From the NCBI GenBank assembly GCA_000004695.1, contig CM000151.3:6016001-6080000 (forward strand): 64,000 nt of DNA, read 5' to 3'. Position numbers and translations under genes: made by a program. Positions 1-15,067 of this stretch are shown piece by piece; position 1 is the first letter of the stretch, and each line of letters starts with the position of its first letter. The notes under the pieces were generated by a model. The model saw only the letters and a program-made list of their open reading frames with translations. It had not been told where the DNA came from and searched no databases. Source of the DNA: Dictyostelium discoideum. Lineage: Eukaryota.

Positions 1-78
1 AATGTAAGTTTTTTAATTAATTTTTTCATTTTTTTGTATATTAATTAACTTTTTTTTTTTTTTTTAATATATATTTAG

Positions 79-653
79 TTACCAAAGAAAATATTGAAAG
101 ACATATTATGTTGACTCAAGCTGAACAATGTTCATTCTTTAAACTTTTAATCCAAGTTTTAAATGCAAAGAAAACTATTGATATTGGTGTTTTTACAGGT
201 CTTTCATCATTAACTGCAGCATTGGCAATGGGTGACGAAGGTAGAGTTGTTGCATGTGATGTTTCAACCGAATATACTCAACATGCACTTAAATTCTGGG
301 CTAAAGCAGGTGTTGATCATAAAATCAATTTAAAGATTCAACCAGCTTCAAAAACATTACAAGAATTAATTGACCAAGGTGAAGAGAATACTTATGATTT
401 TGTTTTCATTGATGCTGATAAAACTGGATATGACACTTATTATGAATTATCACTTAAATTAATTAGAAAAGGTGGAATCATTGCCATTGATAATGTTTTA
501 CAACATGGTCGTGTTGCAGATCCTAATGCCAATGTAGAACCAAATTTAGTTGCAATTCGTGCACTCAATGATAAAATCTTAGCTGATAAACGTGTTACTA
601 AATCATTACTCCCAATTGCTGATGGTATCACTTTAATTACTAAAATTAATTAA
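79..653 (+). CDS. Class I SAM-dependent O-methyltransferase (caffeoyl-CoA/catechol OMT family), 3' exon only; the 5' exon lies upstream of the window
   Basis: Window opens inside an intron (donor-like gtaagt at 4-9, acceptor ttag at 75-78). Open frame from 79 to the stop at 651-653. Translation (VFTGLSSLTAALAM...FDFVFIDADK...GGIIAIDNVLQHGRVADP) matches SAM-binding motifs and the C-terminal half of the caffeoyl-CoA OMT fold; the first in-frame M at 108 is internal to the domain. Confidence 0.8.
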
Positions 654-1000
654 ATATTAAAAAAAAAGTGTTTAGAAAAAAAAAAAAATAAAAAAATAAT
701 GAATAAATTTTGTTTTTTTTTTTTAAATAAATAAATAAAAAAAAAAAAAAAATTACCCAGTTGGGATAAATGATATTTTAATTTTATTAACTTTTTTTTT
801 ATTCTTTTTTTTTATTTTTTCTTTATTTATTTATTTTTATTTATTTTTTATTTAAATTAATTTTTATTTAAATAATTAAATTTAAATTAAATAGTTTTGA
901 TTATTCCAAAAAAAAAAAAAAAAAAAAAAAAATTGTAAGTTGTGAAGTTTAATTTCAATATTTAATTAACTGACAACTAATAATCTTTTTATTTATTTTT

Positions 1001-1044
<44 letters not shown>

Positions 1045-1174
1045 GCGAAATAGTTTTTTTTTTTTTTTAATTTTTTTTTTTTTTTATTAATTTCGACAAA
1101 CACACAACACAATTATTTATTGATATACAATATATAAAATAAAATAAAATAAAAGAAAAAAATAGTTAAAGAAT

Positions 1175-2008
1175 ATGGATGTATTAATTAGATTACCAAA
1201 TATAAATTCAAAAAATCAAGATATTAGCGAAAATGAAAGAATTATAAATTTTAAAATAAAGGATAAAGAATCCTTTTGTGAAGAATATTTAAAATATAAG
1301 ATTTTTGAAAAGACATTTATTCCAATAGCATTTCAATATTTAAAATTAGTGTCATCAAATTTAGATAGTATAGAACAACAACAGCAACAACAACAGCAAC
1401 AACAACAACAACAACAACAACATTTAAAAGTTTATGATTTATTATTACGTGTAAATGGTGGTAAAGGTGGTTTTGGTTCATTATTGAAATCTTCAGGTAC
1501 AAAAGTTGGTCAAAAGAAAACAACCAATTTCGATGCATGTAGAGATTTAAGTGGTAGAAGATTAAGACATGTAAATAATGAAGCTAGAATTAAACAATGG
1601 TTAGAAGATGAAGAAGCTAGAAAGATTGCAATGCAAGAATTAAAAAAGAAATTTAATGATTCAAATGATAAACATGTTGAAGAATTTAATGATACACAAT
1701 TTCAAAAAGAAACTGAAGATATACATAAAAAAGTTTCAAATTCTGTTGAACAAGGTTTAAAATTACAAAAAGAAAATAAAAATTTAGAAAACAATAAAAC
1801 TACTACCACCACCACAACTACCACTACTACTACAACTGCCACTACACCAAAAACAGTTGATAGATTTAAAAAACCATCAAATAATAATACGAAACCAATT
1901 TCAATGTTTGTTCCAGATTTCGATGATGATGATGAAGAAGAAGAAGAAGAGGAAAGTGAGGAAGAGAAAAAAGATTCAATTAAAACAAAAGTTTCAAAGA
2001 CTAAATAA
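1175..2008 (+). CDS. sde2: SDE2 homolog (ubiquitin-like N-terminus processed at GG^K, then SDE2 domain)
   Basis: Single 277-aa ORF containing LRVNGGKGGFGSLLK...TNFDACRDLSGRRLRHVN, matching the diagnostic SDE2 motif. Poly-Gln (CAA)n tract and acidic poly-D/E tail; AT-biased codons. Confidence 0.8.
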   Translation: MDVLIRLPNINSKNQDISENERIINFKIKDKESFCEEYLKYKIFEKTFIPIAFQYLKLVSSNLDSIEQQQQQQQQQQQQQQQHLKVYDLLLRVNGGKGGFGSLLKSSGTKVGQKKTTNFDACRDLSGRRLRHVNNEARIKQWLEDEEARKIAMQELKKKFNDSNDKHVEEFNDTQFQKETEDIHKKVSNSVEQGLKLQKENKNLENNKTTTTTTTTTTTTTATTPKTVDRFKKPSNNNTKPISMFVPDFDDDDEEEEEEESEEEKKDSIKTKVSKTK

Positions 2009-2019
2009 TCATTTAAGGA

Positions 2020-2054
<35 letters not shown>

Positions 2055-2396
2055 ATAATAAAATAAAATCTAATGTGTATATTTGTCAATTTTTTTTAAT
2101 ATAAAAAAAAAAATTAGGTCTTATTTTTCTTTTTCTTTTCTTTTTTTTTTTTTTTCTTTTTTGTCTTTTCTAATTTTATTTTACCCCTTCTAATTATAAT
2201 CACGATTAAAATTATTTGAAAAAAAAAAAAAAAAAAAAAAAAATTTAATATTAAATACTTTCACAAACCAGTGAAAAAAACAAAAAATAATTTTTTTAAT
2301 TTTTTTTTTTTTTTTTTTTTTATTTTTTTTTTTTTAATTTTGTTTTTTTTTTTTTAAAAAACTAATCAGCTGGTATATAAAATCACCCAGATTATA

Positions 2397-2432
<36 letters not shown>

Positions 2433-2481
2433 TTTATATATATATACAAATATAGTTTTTATTTGTATTTATTTATAAATC

Positions 2482-5400
2482 ATGGATAAATTTAAAGGTA
2501 AAATAAAAGGGATATCCCAACAAAGAGGGGAGCAAGGAAAATTTCAATTTGATTTTAAACTTATAAGTGTTGAAAATTTACCAGTTACTGGTAATTGTTT
2601 TGTATCATGGAAAAGAGGTACAAAATCAGCAAGTAACGGGAAAACAAAAGCTGTTACAATCAATTCAAATAAATCAGCATCATTTAATCATTCTTTTTCA
2701 ATGGTTACAACATTATATAAAGAAAAACCACCAAAGAAAACTTATGAATCAAAAACTATTGCAATTTCAATTAAAGATGTAATTATTATTTTATTATTAT
2801 TATTAGTTATTATTAATTATTATTACTATTATTATTATTATTTTTTATTCTTTTTTTATTTTTTTTTTTTTATTTTTTTTTATTTTAAACCATGTAAAAA
2901 TTAAAGATAAAAATAAAAAATTTACAACAGGATTATTTTTTTTTATATTTATTTTTATCTTTAATTTATTTTTATCTTTTTTTATTTATTTATTAATTTA
3001 TTAATTAATTTATTTATTTATTTATTAATTTTATAATAATAAAAAAATGATATATATATATTTATTTATTTATATAATTATTTTAGGAAAAAAATAAAAA
3101 ATCAATTGCAAAAACAATGATAGATTTAGCAGATTTTACAAATTTTAAAGATGAACAATTTAAATCAATTCAAATTAAACAAAAAAAGGGTGGACCAATT
3201 GTAATTGCAATGAATATAAAGAGTAAAGAGATGGAAATTAATCCAGATGATGAACCAGCAACAGAGACCGATTTAAATTCAAATGATGGTTCCGATGATG
3301 AAGATGGTGAAGATTTTGAACAAGATGAGGATAACTCATCATCGTCATTAAATACCAATAGTAAATATAGTAATACCAATAATATCACTGGTAGACTAAA
3401 TGATGATGATATTTTAGCACCAACAAATGGAGGTGGTGGTGCTTTTAAAAAGATGTCTGCACCAATTTCATCAACTAAATCTGAATCAATTTCATCCAAT
3501 TCATCCACACCAACTAAAACATCAACACCATCAACACCACCATCACATTCAGTTGAACCAACAACCACAGTGAAACCATTTAGTAATGATACAGAGGCAG
3601 AATTGAATGCATTACTCTCAAAACCATCATCTAAACCAAAAACTATAGCAGAACCTGTAAAATCAACACCAGTAGTATCATTATCATCTGCTTCCAACTA
3701 TAATCCAGGTAAAGATAAAGATTGGAAGAGAGAAGCTGATGATGCAAATCATAGAGTTCAACAATTGGAGAGACAAGTGGAAGTATTACAAAGAGATTTA
3801 AAAATGAATCAAAACATTGCAGCCAATGGTGGCGGTGGTGGTGTATCACAACAAGAGTTTGCGGATTTAAAGAAAAGATTTAGAGAGATTTCAGGTGATA
3901 ACATTGATTTAGAGGATAAAGTTAAGGAATTGGAAGAGAAATTAGCAAATGCATACAGACAACAACCAATCTCACAAGCGGCAGGCGGTGCAAGTAGACA
4001 ATTAACCGACCTCCAAGAACAAGTACGTCAAAAGGATGCATCTATTCAAGAGTTAAATATAAAGAATAGACGTTTGGAAAGAGATCTTCAAGATAAGGAT
4101 CAAGAGATTGCAGATCAAACTGAACAAGTTAAATACTATCAAGAACAAGTTAAATCTGCTCAATCCGCTGCACAAAAAGCTATTGCTGCCGCAGCTGCAG
4201 CATCCTCCTCATCAAGTGGACCATCAAATGAAGAGGCACAAGAGGAGATCGCATACTTAAAGAGAGAAATACAATTATTGAAGGATCAACAACAATCATC
4301 ATCGGTTGCAGTTGGTGGTGGTACATTAGAGTTAAAGAGAAGAATTCAAGATCTTACCAGAGAGGTTAAAGAGAAAGACGATGCATTGGCTAAATTGAAA
4401 TTGGGTGGATCACCAACATCAGCAGGTGGTTCATTATCATCAATTGCCGCACAAACCTCTAGTAATTTAACCATTACAAACCTTGAGAAACAAAACACAG
4501 AATTGAATAAAACATTATTAACACAACAACAAGAGATCGATAGATCAAAACAAGAGATTCAACAATTACAACAACAACTTTCACAAGCACAAAAGAAGAT
4601 CAATAGTGTTACCAATTCACCACCACCATCAGTCATTACCACAGAGGAACTATTGAAACGTGAAAATGGTGACCTCAAAGATAAAGTTGCCGCTCAACAT
4701 CACGAAATTAAACGTATTCAAGAGAAATATGATCAATTGAATTCAAGATTCAATGATGAAATCGAAGAGACCAACAATGTAGTCAATGAATTAAGACAAC
4801 GTGAAGAGGGCCTTGCTAGAAAGGTCGAAGAGTTAACTCAAGAGAATCAACAAATGGAACATAGATTGGCCAATGAAATGACATCCGCTTCAGCATTGAG
4901 TATGTCTGCAATGTCTGCACCAAGTAAATTTAGTTCACAAAATAGAGATAAAGATAGACAAGAAAGAGAAAATGCAGAGAGACAACTTGAACTCGCAAAA
5001 ACTGAATTATCACGTGAAAGAGAGAAAACCAAGAGATTCGATAGAGAACTTAAAGACTGCAGAGAACGTATTCGTCTCTTGGAACTTCAAGTTGAAGAAG
5101 GTGGTGGTTCAGTTATCAAACAAGAGAATCAAGATAAGGTTGAAAGTAGACTCATCGAACAATGTATTTACACTCAACCATTGACTTTTGTCGATGGTAC
5201 TGGTTCAGTTGCTTCATCATTATACGAACAACTCACTGATATTTGTGCATTCAGTCAAGAGAATGGTAAACTCTTTACCAAAGTTTATACAGCCCTTCAA
5301 CAAGCACTCGAAAGATCAATGTACAATTCAACAGATTTAGCCTATTGGTTATCAAATATTGCTGGTCTAATCCATTTAATTAAAGATGGTCCAAACAATA

Positions 5401-6287
5401 TAGACGATGATCGTGATCCAATTATCGATGGTATCCTCATCATGCAAAATAATAGTTTCTCTTCAACATCTCAAAGAAAAACTCCATCTCAAACTTTTTA
5501 TTATCAACTCGAAAACCTTTTAAGAGAATCCTACTCATTACTTTTACATAGTATTTATAACAAGTTAAGACCAAAATTAACAAAAATAATTAGTTTTGGT
5601 ACATGTATTTTAGATAAAAAAACGTAAGATTTTTTTTTAAAAAAAAAAAAAAAAAAAAACTTTATATTTATTTTAATATTTGAATTTATACTAATTTTTA
5701 TTTTATTTTATTTTTATTTTTTTGAAAGTAATAGATTTTCAGCAGCAGAAAATGATGCAGATATTAATAAGATTTGTAATATTTTACAAAAGTATATAAA
5801 TTTATTAAAGGATAAATTTATTTTTGATTCAATTATTCAACAATTCTTTTCACAAACTTTCCATTTCATTAGTTACACATTATTAAATGAAGTTTTAAAT
5901 GGTGAGAATTATTGTACACCAAGTTCAGGTTTCAAAATTAAATTAAGTTTATCTAAAATGGATGATTGGTTATCTTCATCAGAAGAAAGAGAATTACTTT
6001 TACCAGCAAGAGATCATTTTATGTCAATCATTGAAACTGCTAATCTTATGGTAATCGATAAATCAATTTTCACAGATTCTGATAGTGTTATCTCTGCTTT
6101 TGAAACTTTGAATATCCTCCAAATTAAAAAACTTTTAGAAATCTGGAAACCTGATAATCTCTCACCTGATCCAATTCCAAAGAAAATCATTGCAAGTTTA
6201 AATCAACAATTGGACTTAAATACTCATCAAAGAAATCTTGTAGTTGATCCAACAATTTTAATTGATGTTCAACCAAAACTCTCTTAA
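2482..6287 (+). CDS. NT-C2 domain / long coiled-coil / C-terminal DIL (dilute) domain protein, 3 exons
   Basis: Exons about 2482-2778 (donor gtaatt), 3087-5623 (acceptor ttttag; donor gtaaga) and 5729-6287 (acceptor aaag; intron 105 nt keeps the frame). Exon 1 gives an NT-C2-like N-terminus (KFQFDFKLISVENLP...CFVSWKRG). Exon 2 is heptad-rich coiled coil. Exons 2 and 3 encode a DIL-like domain (LAYWLSNIAGLIHL...SGFKIKLSLSKMDDWL). Frames checked across both junctions. Confidence 0.75.
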
Positions 6288-6498
6288 AATTTAAAAAAAT
6301 AAAAATTAAAAATAAAAATAAATATAGTAATAATAATAATAATAATAATGATAGAAAACAAATAAAATAAAATAAAATTTAAAAAAAAAAAAAATTTATA
6401 GTCCAAAAAAAAAAAAAAAAAAAAAAAGATCCAAGAATAAATTTTTTTTTTTGTTTTTTTTTTTTTAAAAAAAGTATAATAATAAATAATATTTTTTT

Positions 6499-7089
6499 TT
6501 ATTTTGTTGGAATATTCATACGAATTAATTTTGCAGGATTACCAGCAATAATAGAATTATCAGGGAATGATTTGGTGACAACAGAACCAGCACCAACAAT
6601 AACGTTATTTCCTAAAGTGACACCAGGTAAAATTATAACATTACCACCACCCCAAAAATTATCACCAATTGTAATTCCTTTTGTAAAATTTTCATCTGAT
6701 CCGCCAATTCTTTCAGATGGTTCGAATGGGTGTGTAGCTGTATATAATTGAGAGTTTGGACCAATCATTGCGCCATATCCAATTCTAATTGGACCATCAT
6801 CATTTAATATGCAATTATGATTAATAAAGAACTTATCTCCAACATGAATATTAACTCCATAACTAACTTTAATACCTTCACGAACAATCACAATTTCACC
6901 TGTTGAACCAAATAACTGTTTAATAATTTCTGGTCCTTTTTTACCATCATCTTCATCACTACCAATTAAATTATTAAATTGTTTATTTAATCTTCTTGCA
7001 CGTAGTCTTAATTGATCTAATTCTGGATCTTCAAATCTATATCTTAATCCTGTCACCATTTTCTCTCTTTCTGTTAATACCGGTTCCAT
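6499..7089 (-). CDS. Maltose/galactoside O-acetyltransferase (Maa/LacA family, left-handed beta-helix hexapeptide repeats), intronless
   Basis: 196-aa ORF ([11 protein letters not shown]...[40 protein letters not shown]...[25 protein letters not shown]) colinear with bacterial Maa. Confidence 0.9.
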   Translation of the reverse strand: MEPVLTEREKMVTGLRYRFEDPELDQLRLRARRLNKQFNNLIGSDEDDGKKGPEIIKQLFGSTGEIVIVREGIKVSYGVNIHVGDKFFINHNCILNDDGPIRIGYGAMIGPNSQLYTATHPFEPSERIGGSDENFTKGITIGDNFWGGGNVIILPGVTLGNNVIVGAGSVVTKSFPDNSIIAGNPAKLIRMNIPTK

Positions 7090-7574
7090 TTTATATTTAT
7101 TATTATTATTATTAAATTATTATTATTTTTTTTTTTTTTAACCAGTTTGCACTAAAAAAATTTTTTTTTTTTTTTTAAAAAAATAAAAATAAAAATAAAA
7201 ACAAAACGAAAATTTGTAAATATCTGAAAAACAAAAAAAAAAAAAACAATAAAATTTCAAAAATATCGTTACCACGCATAAATTAATTTCAGTAAAAGGC
7301 ATTATAATTTATTGTAACTGTTTATGTAATTATTTTATTATTAAACTTTTTTATTATTATTTTAATTTTGATTTTTTTTTTTTATAGTTTTTTTTTTTGT
7401 TTTTCAGATATTTCTTTTTTTATTTTTATTTTTATTTTTATTGTTATTTTTTAAAAAAAAAAAAAAAAATTTATTTTAAAAGTTGAAATTTCGTTATTTT
7501 TTTAAAAAAAAAAACTGTAAATTGTAAGCTTAAACTAAACATTTTTGGTAATATTATTTTAATAATTAATTTGA

Positions 7575-7630
<56 letters not shown>

Positions 7631-7715
7631 AATTTTTATTGATAAAAAACAAAAACGAAAAAGTTAAAACGAAAAAAAAAAAAAACAATTTCGTTTTTAA
7701 TTCATTATTTTCAAA

Positions 7716-10322
<2,607 letters not shown>

Positions 10323-10329
10323 ATATTAA

Positions 10330-10374
<45 letters not shown>

Positions 10375-10462
10375 ATAATAATAATAAATAAATTAATAAA
10401 TAAATAAATAAATGAATAATAAAAAGAAGTAATAATTAATTATTTTTTAAATTTTATTTTTT

Positions 10463-10864
10463 TTATTTTTGGAAATTTTCTGTTGTTAAATTTTTAAATG
10501 AAATTGGAGTAAATGGTTTTTCACAAAATTTACAATACCATCTTTTATTATCATGTTTAAACGATGGTAATTCATTACATTTCTTACATCTAACATTTGA
10601 TTGTAAATGTTCAATTTGAATTTTATTATTATTATTATTTTTAAGTGGTTCAATTATTTTTTTTTGGTCTTTTGTTTTTTTAATTATAATTGGATTTGAA
10701 TTTGTTAATTTATTTTTTTTTTCTTTTACATTTGATATTTTTTCTTGAGAATTTGAATTAATATTTAATGGTTTTTGGTTTAATAAAAATTCAATTTTAA
10801 TTTTATAATTATCATTATTAAAATTATTATTGTTGTTTGAATTATTAAAATTTGGGTTTATCAT
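10463..10864 (-). CDS. Small protein with C-terminal C4 zinc-ribbon (C-x2-C-x14-C-x2-C, then EKPFTPISF); lineage-specific, paralog of 15763-16185
   Basis: 133-aa ORF with N-rich N-terminus. C-terminus RCKKCNELPSFKHDNKRWYCKFCEKPFTPISF is nearly identical in spacing to the paralog (CKKCNCPPSFRHDKKRWWCGKCEKPFTPISF). Confidence 0.55.
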   Translation of the reverse strand: MINPNFNNSNNNNNFNNDNYKIKIEFLLNQKPLNINSNSQEKISNVKEKKNKLTNSNPIIIKKTKDQKKIIEPLKNNNNNKIQIEHLQSNVRCKKCNELPSFKHDNKRWYCKFCEKPFTPISFKNLTTENFQK

Positions 10865-10951
10865 TTTAAATTTTTAACGATGTTAAGAAATAATAACAAG
10901 GATTATTTTTTTTTGATTATTAAAGGAAATTATTTAAATTAATTGTAAAAG

Positions 10952-10994
<43 letters not shown>

Positions 10995-11640
10995 ATTGCA
11001 CACTTTAGTTTTAAATTTAAAAAAAAAAACTAAAAAAAAAGAAAATAAAATAACAAAATTGGAAAAAAAAAAAACAGGATTCAAATTTGATCGATAAAAA
11101 TGGAAATCTATTGGTAGTTTTTAATCATTAACATTGTTATTAGAATTAAAAACAAAACATCACACCAATTTTTTAATTTTTTTTTTTTTTTTAATTACCT
11201 TAAAGGTTTTATTTATTTTTTTTTTAAAAAAAAAAATAAAAAAAAAAGTGGTGATTTTAATATATAATTTTTTAATTACCCAAATATAAAAAAACCTTTT
11301 ATTATTGGTTGTTTTTATTATACCTCACTACAATGAGTTAATTTGATTTTGGCTAGTCAGTTTTTCTTTGTGTGAAAAAAAAAAATAAAAAAATAAAAAA
11401 AAAATAAATATTAATATTTACTAACTGATTTAACAAAAATGAATATAGTAAAAAAAAAAAAAAAAAAAAAAATTATTTAGTATATACCCCACATTTAAAA
11501 CTATTTTTTTTTTTTTACAAAATAAAACTTGACCAACACAAATTTTATAAAAGTTAGCATAATAAAAAAAATAATAATTCCAATGATTAAATTTTTAATT
11601 TAAATAAAAATAAAAAAAATTATAGTAATATTAAAAATTA

Positions 11641-11671
<31 letters not shown>

Positions 11672-11806
11672 CTGTTTAATGTTCTTATTACTTTAATTTT
11701 TTTTTAAAATAATAAAGATAATTTTATTTAATATATAAATAGTAATATAATAAATATAAATAATAATATATTATATGTTTTTTTTTTTTTTTTTTTTTTT
11801 TTGAAT

Positions 11807-12964
11807 TTAAATTGGGATTGTTAATTTATACATGTCATTAACTAATGGACTTCCTGAAATTTCACTGAGTGAACCTCTGCTAAAGTAAAATTCTACACTA
11901 CATTTTCTGATATGTTTGAAATAGAAGCTACCGATTGTACTTGGAATTGGAGTTTGAATATAAGTTTCTGGATCAACTAATGGTAAAATGGTTAATTGAG
12001 TCCATTCATTTGTAATTAAATCAAAACGCCATACATCCATAAAGTTGGTGTATTGATAATTACTTCCACCAATTAAGAAAAGTTGATTTTGATCGGAATA
12101 AATGAATTTGGCATTATCTCTATTTCCTGGTCCTTTGGTTACATCAAAGAGATGTTGCTTCCAAACTTTTGTTGATAAATCAAGACTCCATAAATCGCCA
12201 AGATAATTACATTCATTGGTGGTGTAGGTACTACAATTGGTATAGCCGCCATAGGTGAAAATTGAATCTAATTCTTCATTATAGTGTAAATGATGATGAG
12301 CTCTTGGGGTTGGTGATGCACCTACTACATCGACTTGTTGCCATCCATTGACAGAATCAAAAACAATGGTATCAGTTTTAAGGGCACCTGGAACACGAAT
12401 GAAGGCTGGTAAGGTTGAAGTTGAACCACTGAAAGCATAAGATTTACCTGTTTTGGAGACGGTTTCGGCTTCAACTGAACGATTGGCAAGGTTTTGTTGG
12501 AATGAAGTTTGATTGAGTTCTGTCCAAACGTTTTTTCTAACATCATAACGTTGGGTTGAGTTATAAACTATATTGATACCTCTTCTGAATGGACCACGAC
12601 CACCGGATAAATAAACATAATTTCCTCTTTTATCATGGAACATCATTGTTTCTGCTCTTGGTGTAATTGAACTTGGTGCCATAAGGTTGGTCCAACTTGA
12701 TGTTTTAACATTAAAAACATAAAATGAATTAATTGCTTCATCATTTGGATATGAACCGTTAAGACCTCCAAATACATAGAATAATTCATTTCTTTCATCA
12801 TATGCACTTGAACCATCCCATGCAAGTGGTGGCAAACTTCCTTTTTGTTTTACTTTTTCCCATGAATATTTATTACAATTATCACATTTCTTATGACAAT
12901 CAATTAAACATACCAAAGAAAATAAACAAACCACTATTAATAAAAATTGAGATTTTAAATTCAT
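11807..12964 (-). CDS. Secreted Kelch-repeat beta-propeller protein (galactose-oxidase-like fold), signal peptide
   Basis: 385-aa intronless ORF. N-terminal hydrophobic signal (FLLIVVCLFSLVCLIDC). Repeated YVFGG / YLSGG / TYGGY / FLIGG kelch blade motifs with W residues at blade spacing. Confidence 0.8.
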   Translation of the reverse strand: MNLKSQFLLIVVCLFSLVCLIDCHKKCDNCNKYSWEKVKQKGSLPPLAWDGSSAYDERNELFYVFGGLNGSYPNDEAINSFYVFNVKTSSWTNLMAPSSITPRAETMMFHDKRGNYVYLSGGRGPFRRGINIVYNSTQRYDVRKNVWTELNQTSFQQNLANRSVEAETVSKTGKSYAFSGSTSTLPAFIRVPGALKTDTIVFDSVNGWQQVDVVGASPTPRAHHHLHYNEELDSIFTYGGYTNCSTYTTNECNYLGDLWSLDLSTKVWKQHLFDVTKGPGNRDNAKFIYSDQNQLFLIGGSNYQYTNFMDVWRFDLITNEWTQLTILPLVDPETYIQTPIPSTIGSFYFKHIRKCSVEFYFSRGSLSEISGSPLVNDMYKLTIPI

Positions 12965-13487
12965 TTTTTTTTTTTTTGTGTGGAATTTTTTAAAAAAAAA
13001 TTATTAACACAACAAAAAAAAAAAAAACACGAGTGTTGATTTTGTTTTTTAAAAATTTTGGCCAGATATTGTTTAAAAAAAAAATAAAAATAAAAAAAAA
13101 ATAAAAATAAAAAAACACAACAAGTGGCTTCCAAAATTATTTTTTTTACGGTCATTATTTTGAAAATTTTTTTTGTTTGTTCGAAACTATTTTTAGCATT
13201 TTTTTTTTAGTTTTTTACATTTTATTTAATTTTTTAAATTGTACCATTTTTTATCTCAACATAAGGGGTATATACCATTTACTATATATTTTTTTAATTA
13301 ATTTTTAAAATTATTTCCTTTTAATTATTTAAAAAAATATATTTTTAATATTACAACATTCCCAAAACCCCTTTTTCCCTTCTTCCAACCTATTAAATTT
13401 TAAAATTATTAATAAAACAAATAAAATAAAATAGGATAAAATAAAATAAAATTAAAAAACATATTTTGTTGTAAAATAAATAAAAGT

Positions 13488-13660
13488 TTATTCGGATTTA
13501 ACAGGTATTTCTTTAATAACTTTGGCTGGATTTCCAGCAATAACAACATTACTTCCAAATGATCTAGTTACTACAGCTCCAGAACCAACAACAACATTAT
13601 CACCTAATGTGACACCAGGTAAAATTATTGCTCCACCACTTTTATATATATTTATTTATT

Positions 13661-13720
<60 letters not shown>

Positions 13721-14238
13721 ATAAAATAATTAATAATTAATAAATAAAAATTAACAAATATTAAAGAAGGAGAAAAAAAAAAAAAAAAAAAATGAAGAAA
13801 AAAAAGGAGAACCTACCCAATCCAAGCATTATCTCCAATTGTAATAGGCTTACCAAATTCTAAACCAGAGTTACGTTCAGTTGGATCAATTGGGTGAGTT
13901 GCAGAATATAATTGAACATTTGGAGCTAACATTGCATTCTTTCCAATTGTAATTGGGCAAATATCTAAAAATATGGCACCAAAATTTGCATAGAAATTCT
14001 CACCAACGTGAATATTGTAGCCATAATCCACTCTTAATGTTGGTTCAAGATAAATCTTTTCGCCAGTTGATCCAAATAATTGTTTGGTGATATCTTTTCT
14101 TTCCAACTTATCCATGCTATTATTAAATCTATGAATAAGTTGTCTGGCTTCGGTTCTACCTTTACATAATTCTTCATCACCTGGGTCATACATTAATCCT
14201 TTGGTCATTTTTTCTCTTTCTGTCATTTTGGTATCCAT
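13488..14238 (-). CDS. Maltose O-acetyltransferase paralog 2 (Maa family), 2 exons
   Basis: Exon 1 is 14238-13817 (ends ...ITIGDNAWIG, donor gtaggt). Intron 13816-13639 is mostly poly(A)/poly(T). Exon 2 is 13638-13488 and encodes [49 protein letters not shown]. The joined protein is colinear with E. coli Maa. The + strand ORF 13522-13740 is an antisense shadow of exon 2. Confidence 0.8.
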
Positions 14239-15032
14239 TTTGTAATTATTAATAAAATTAACTAATACTTTTTATTGGTTGTTGTTGTGTTGTTTTAGTT
14301 TGTCGCTTAAACTAAAAAAAAAAAAAATAAAAGCCCTAAATAAAAAATAAAAAATAAAAAAAACAAAAAATTACAAGATGCGTCACCAAACTTGACAGCG
14401 TTACAATCTTAATTAAATTTATTTTTTATTTTTTTTATTTTTTTTTATTTTTTTTTTTTATTTTTTTTAATTTTTTTTTTTTTATTTTTATTTTTATTTT
14501 TTTTTTTTTTTCTTTTCCCTGTTTTTTTTTATTTTTATTTAATGCATATCTACTGCATACACGAAAAATTTTGCCCAATATATTTTTAAAGCATAGATTA
14601 GATATTTACTTTTTTTTGTCAAAACATACACATTGCTTTTTTCAATATTGAAAAAAAAAAAAAAAAAAAATTAACGGGGCGACAAAAAAAGGTTAAAATT
14701 GTTTGAAATAACAATAAAAAAAAAATTTAATGTGGGAGGATACAACATTTCTTTGGTAATTTTTTATTAATTTTAACTTGATTTTTTATTAAATTTTCTA
14801 ATAATAGTTTAACTTTTAAAAGGTTTCATAACAAAATTTGGGAAAATGTTACCTTTTCCATTGCCTGGGGGAAAGGGATTGTAGGGTGGTGCTTTTCTAT
14901 TTCCCCCTGATTGCTAATTTAAAGTTGATGTTAATAAATAATTTTTTTTTATTTTTATTTTTATTTTTTTTTTAAAAAAAAATTTCTATCATTATTTACC
15001 GTTGGATATCCATTCATTGTTGGTTTTGGTGA

Positions 15033-15067
<35 letters not shown>

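Noticed and set aside
13522-13740. Plus-strand 72-aa ORF (MAGFPAITTLLPNDLV...)
   Set aside because: It is the antisense shadow of Maa2 exon 2. The minus-strand translation matches the Maa hexapeptide-repeat C-terminus.
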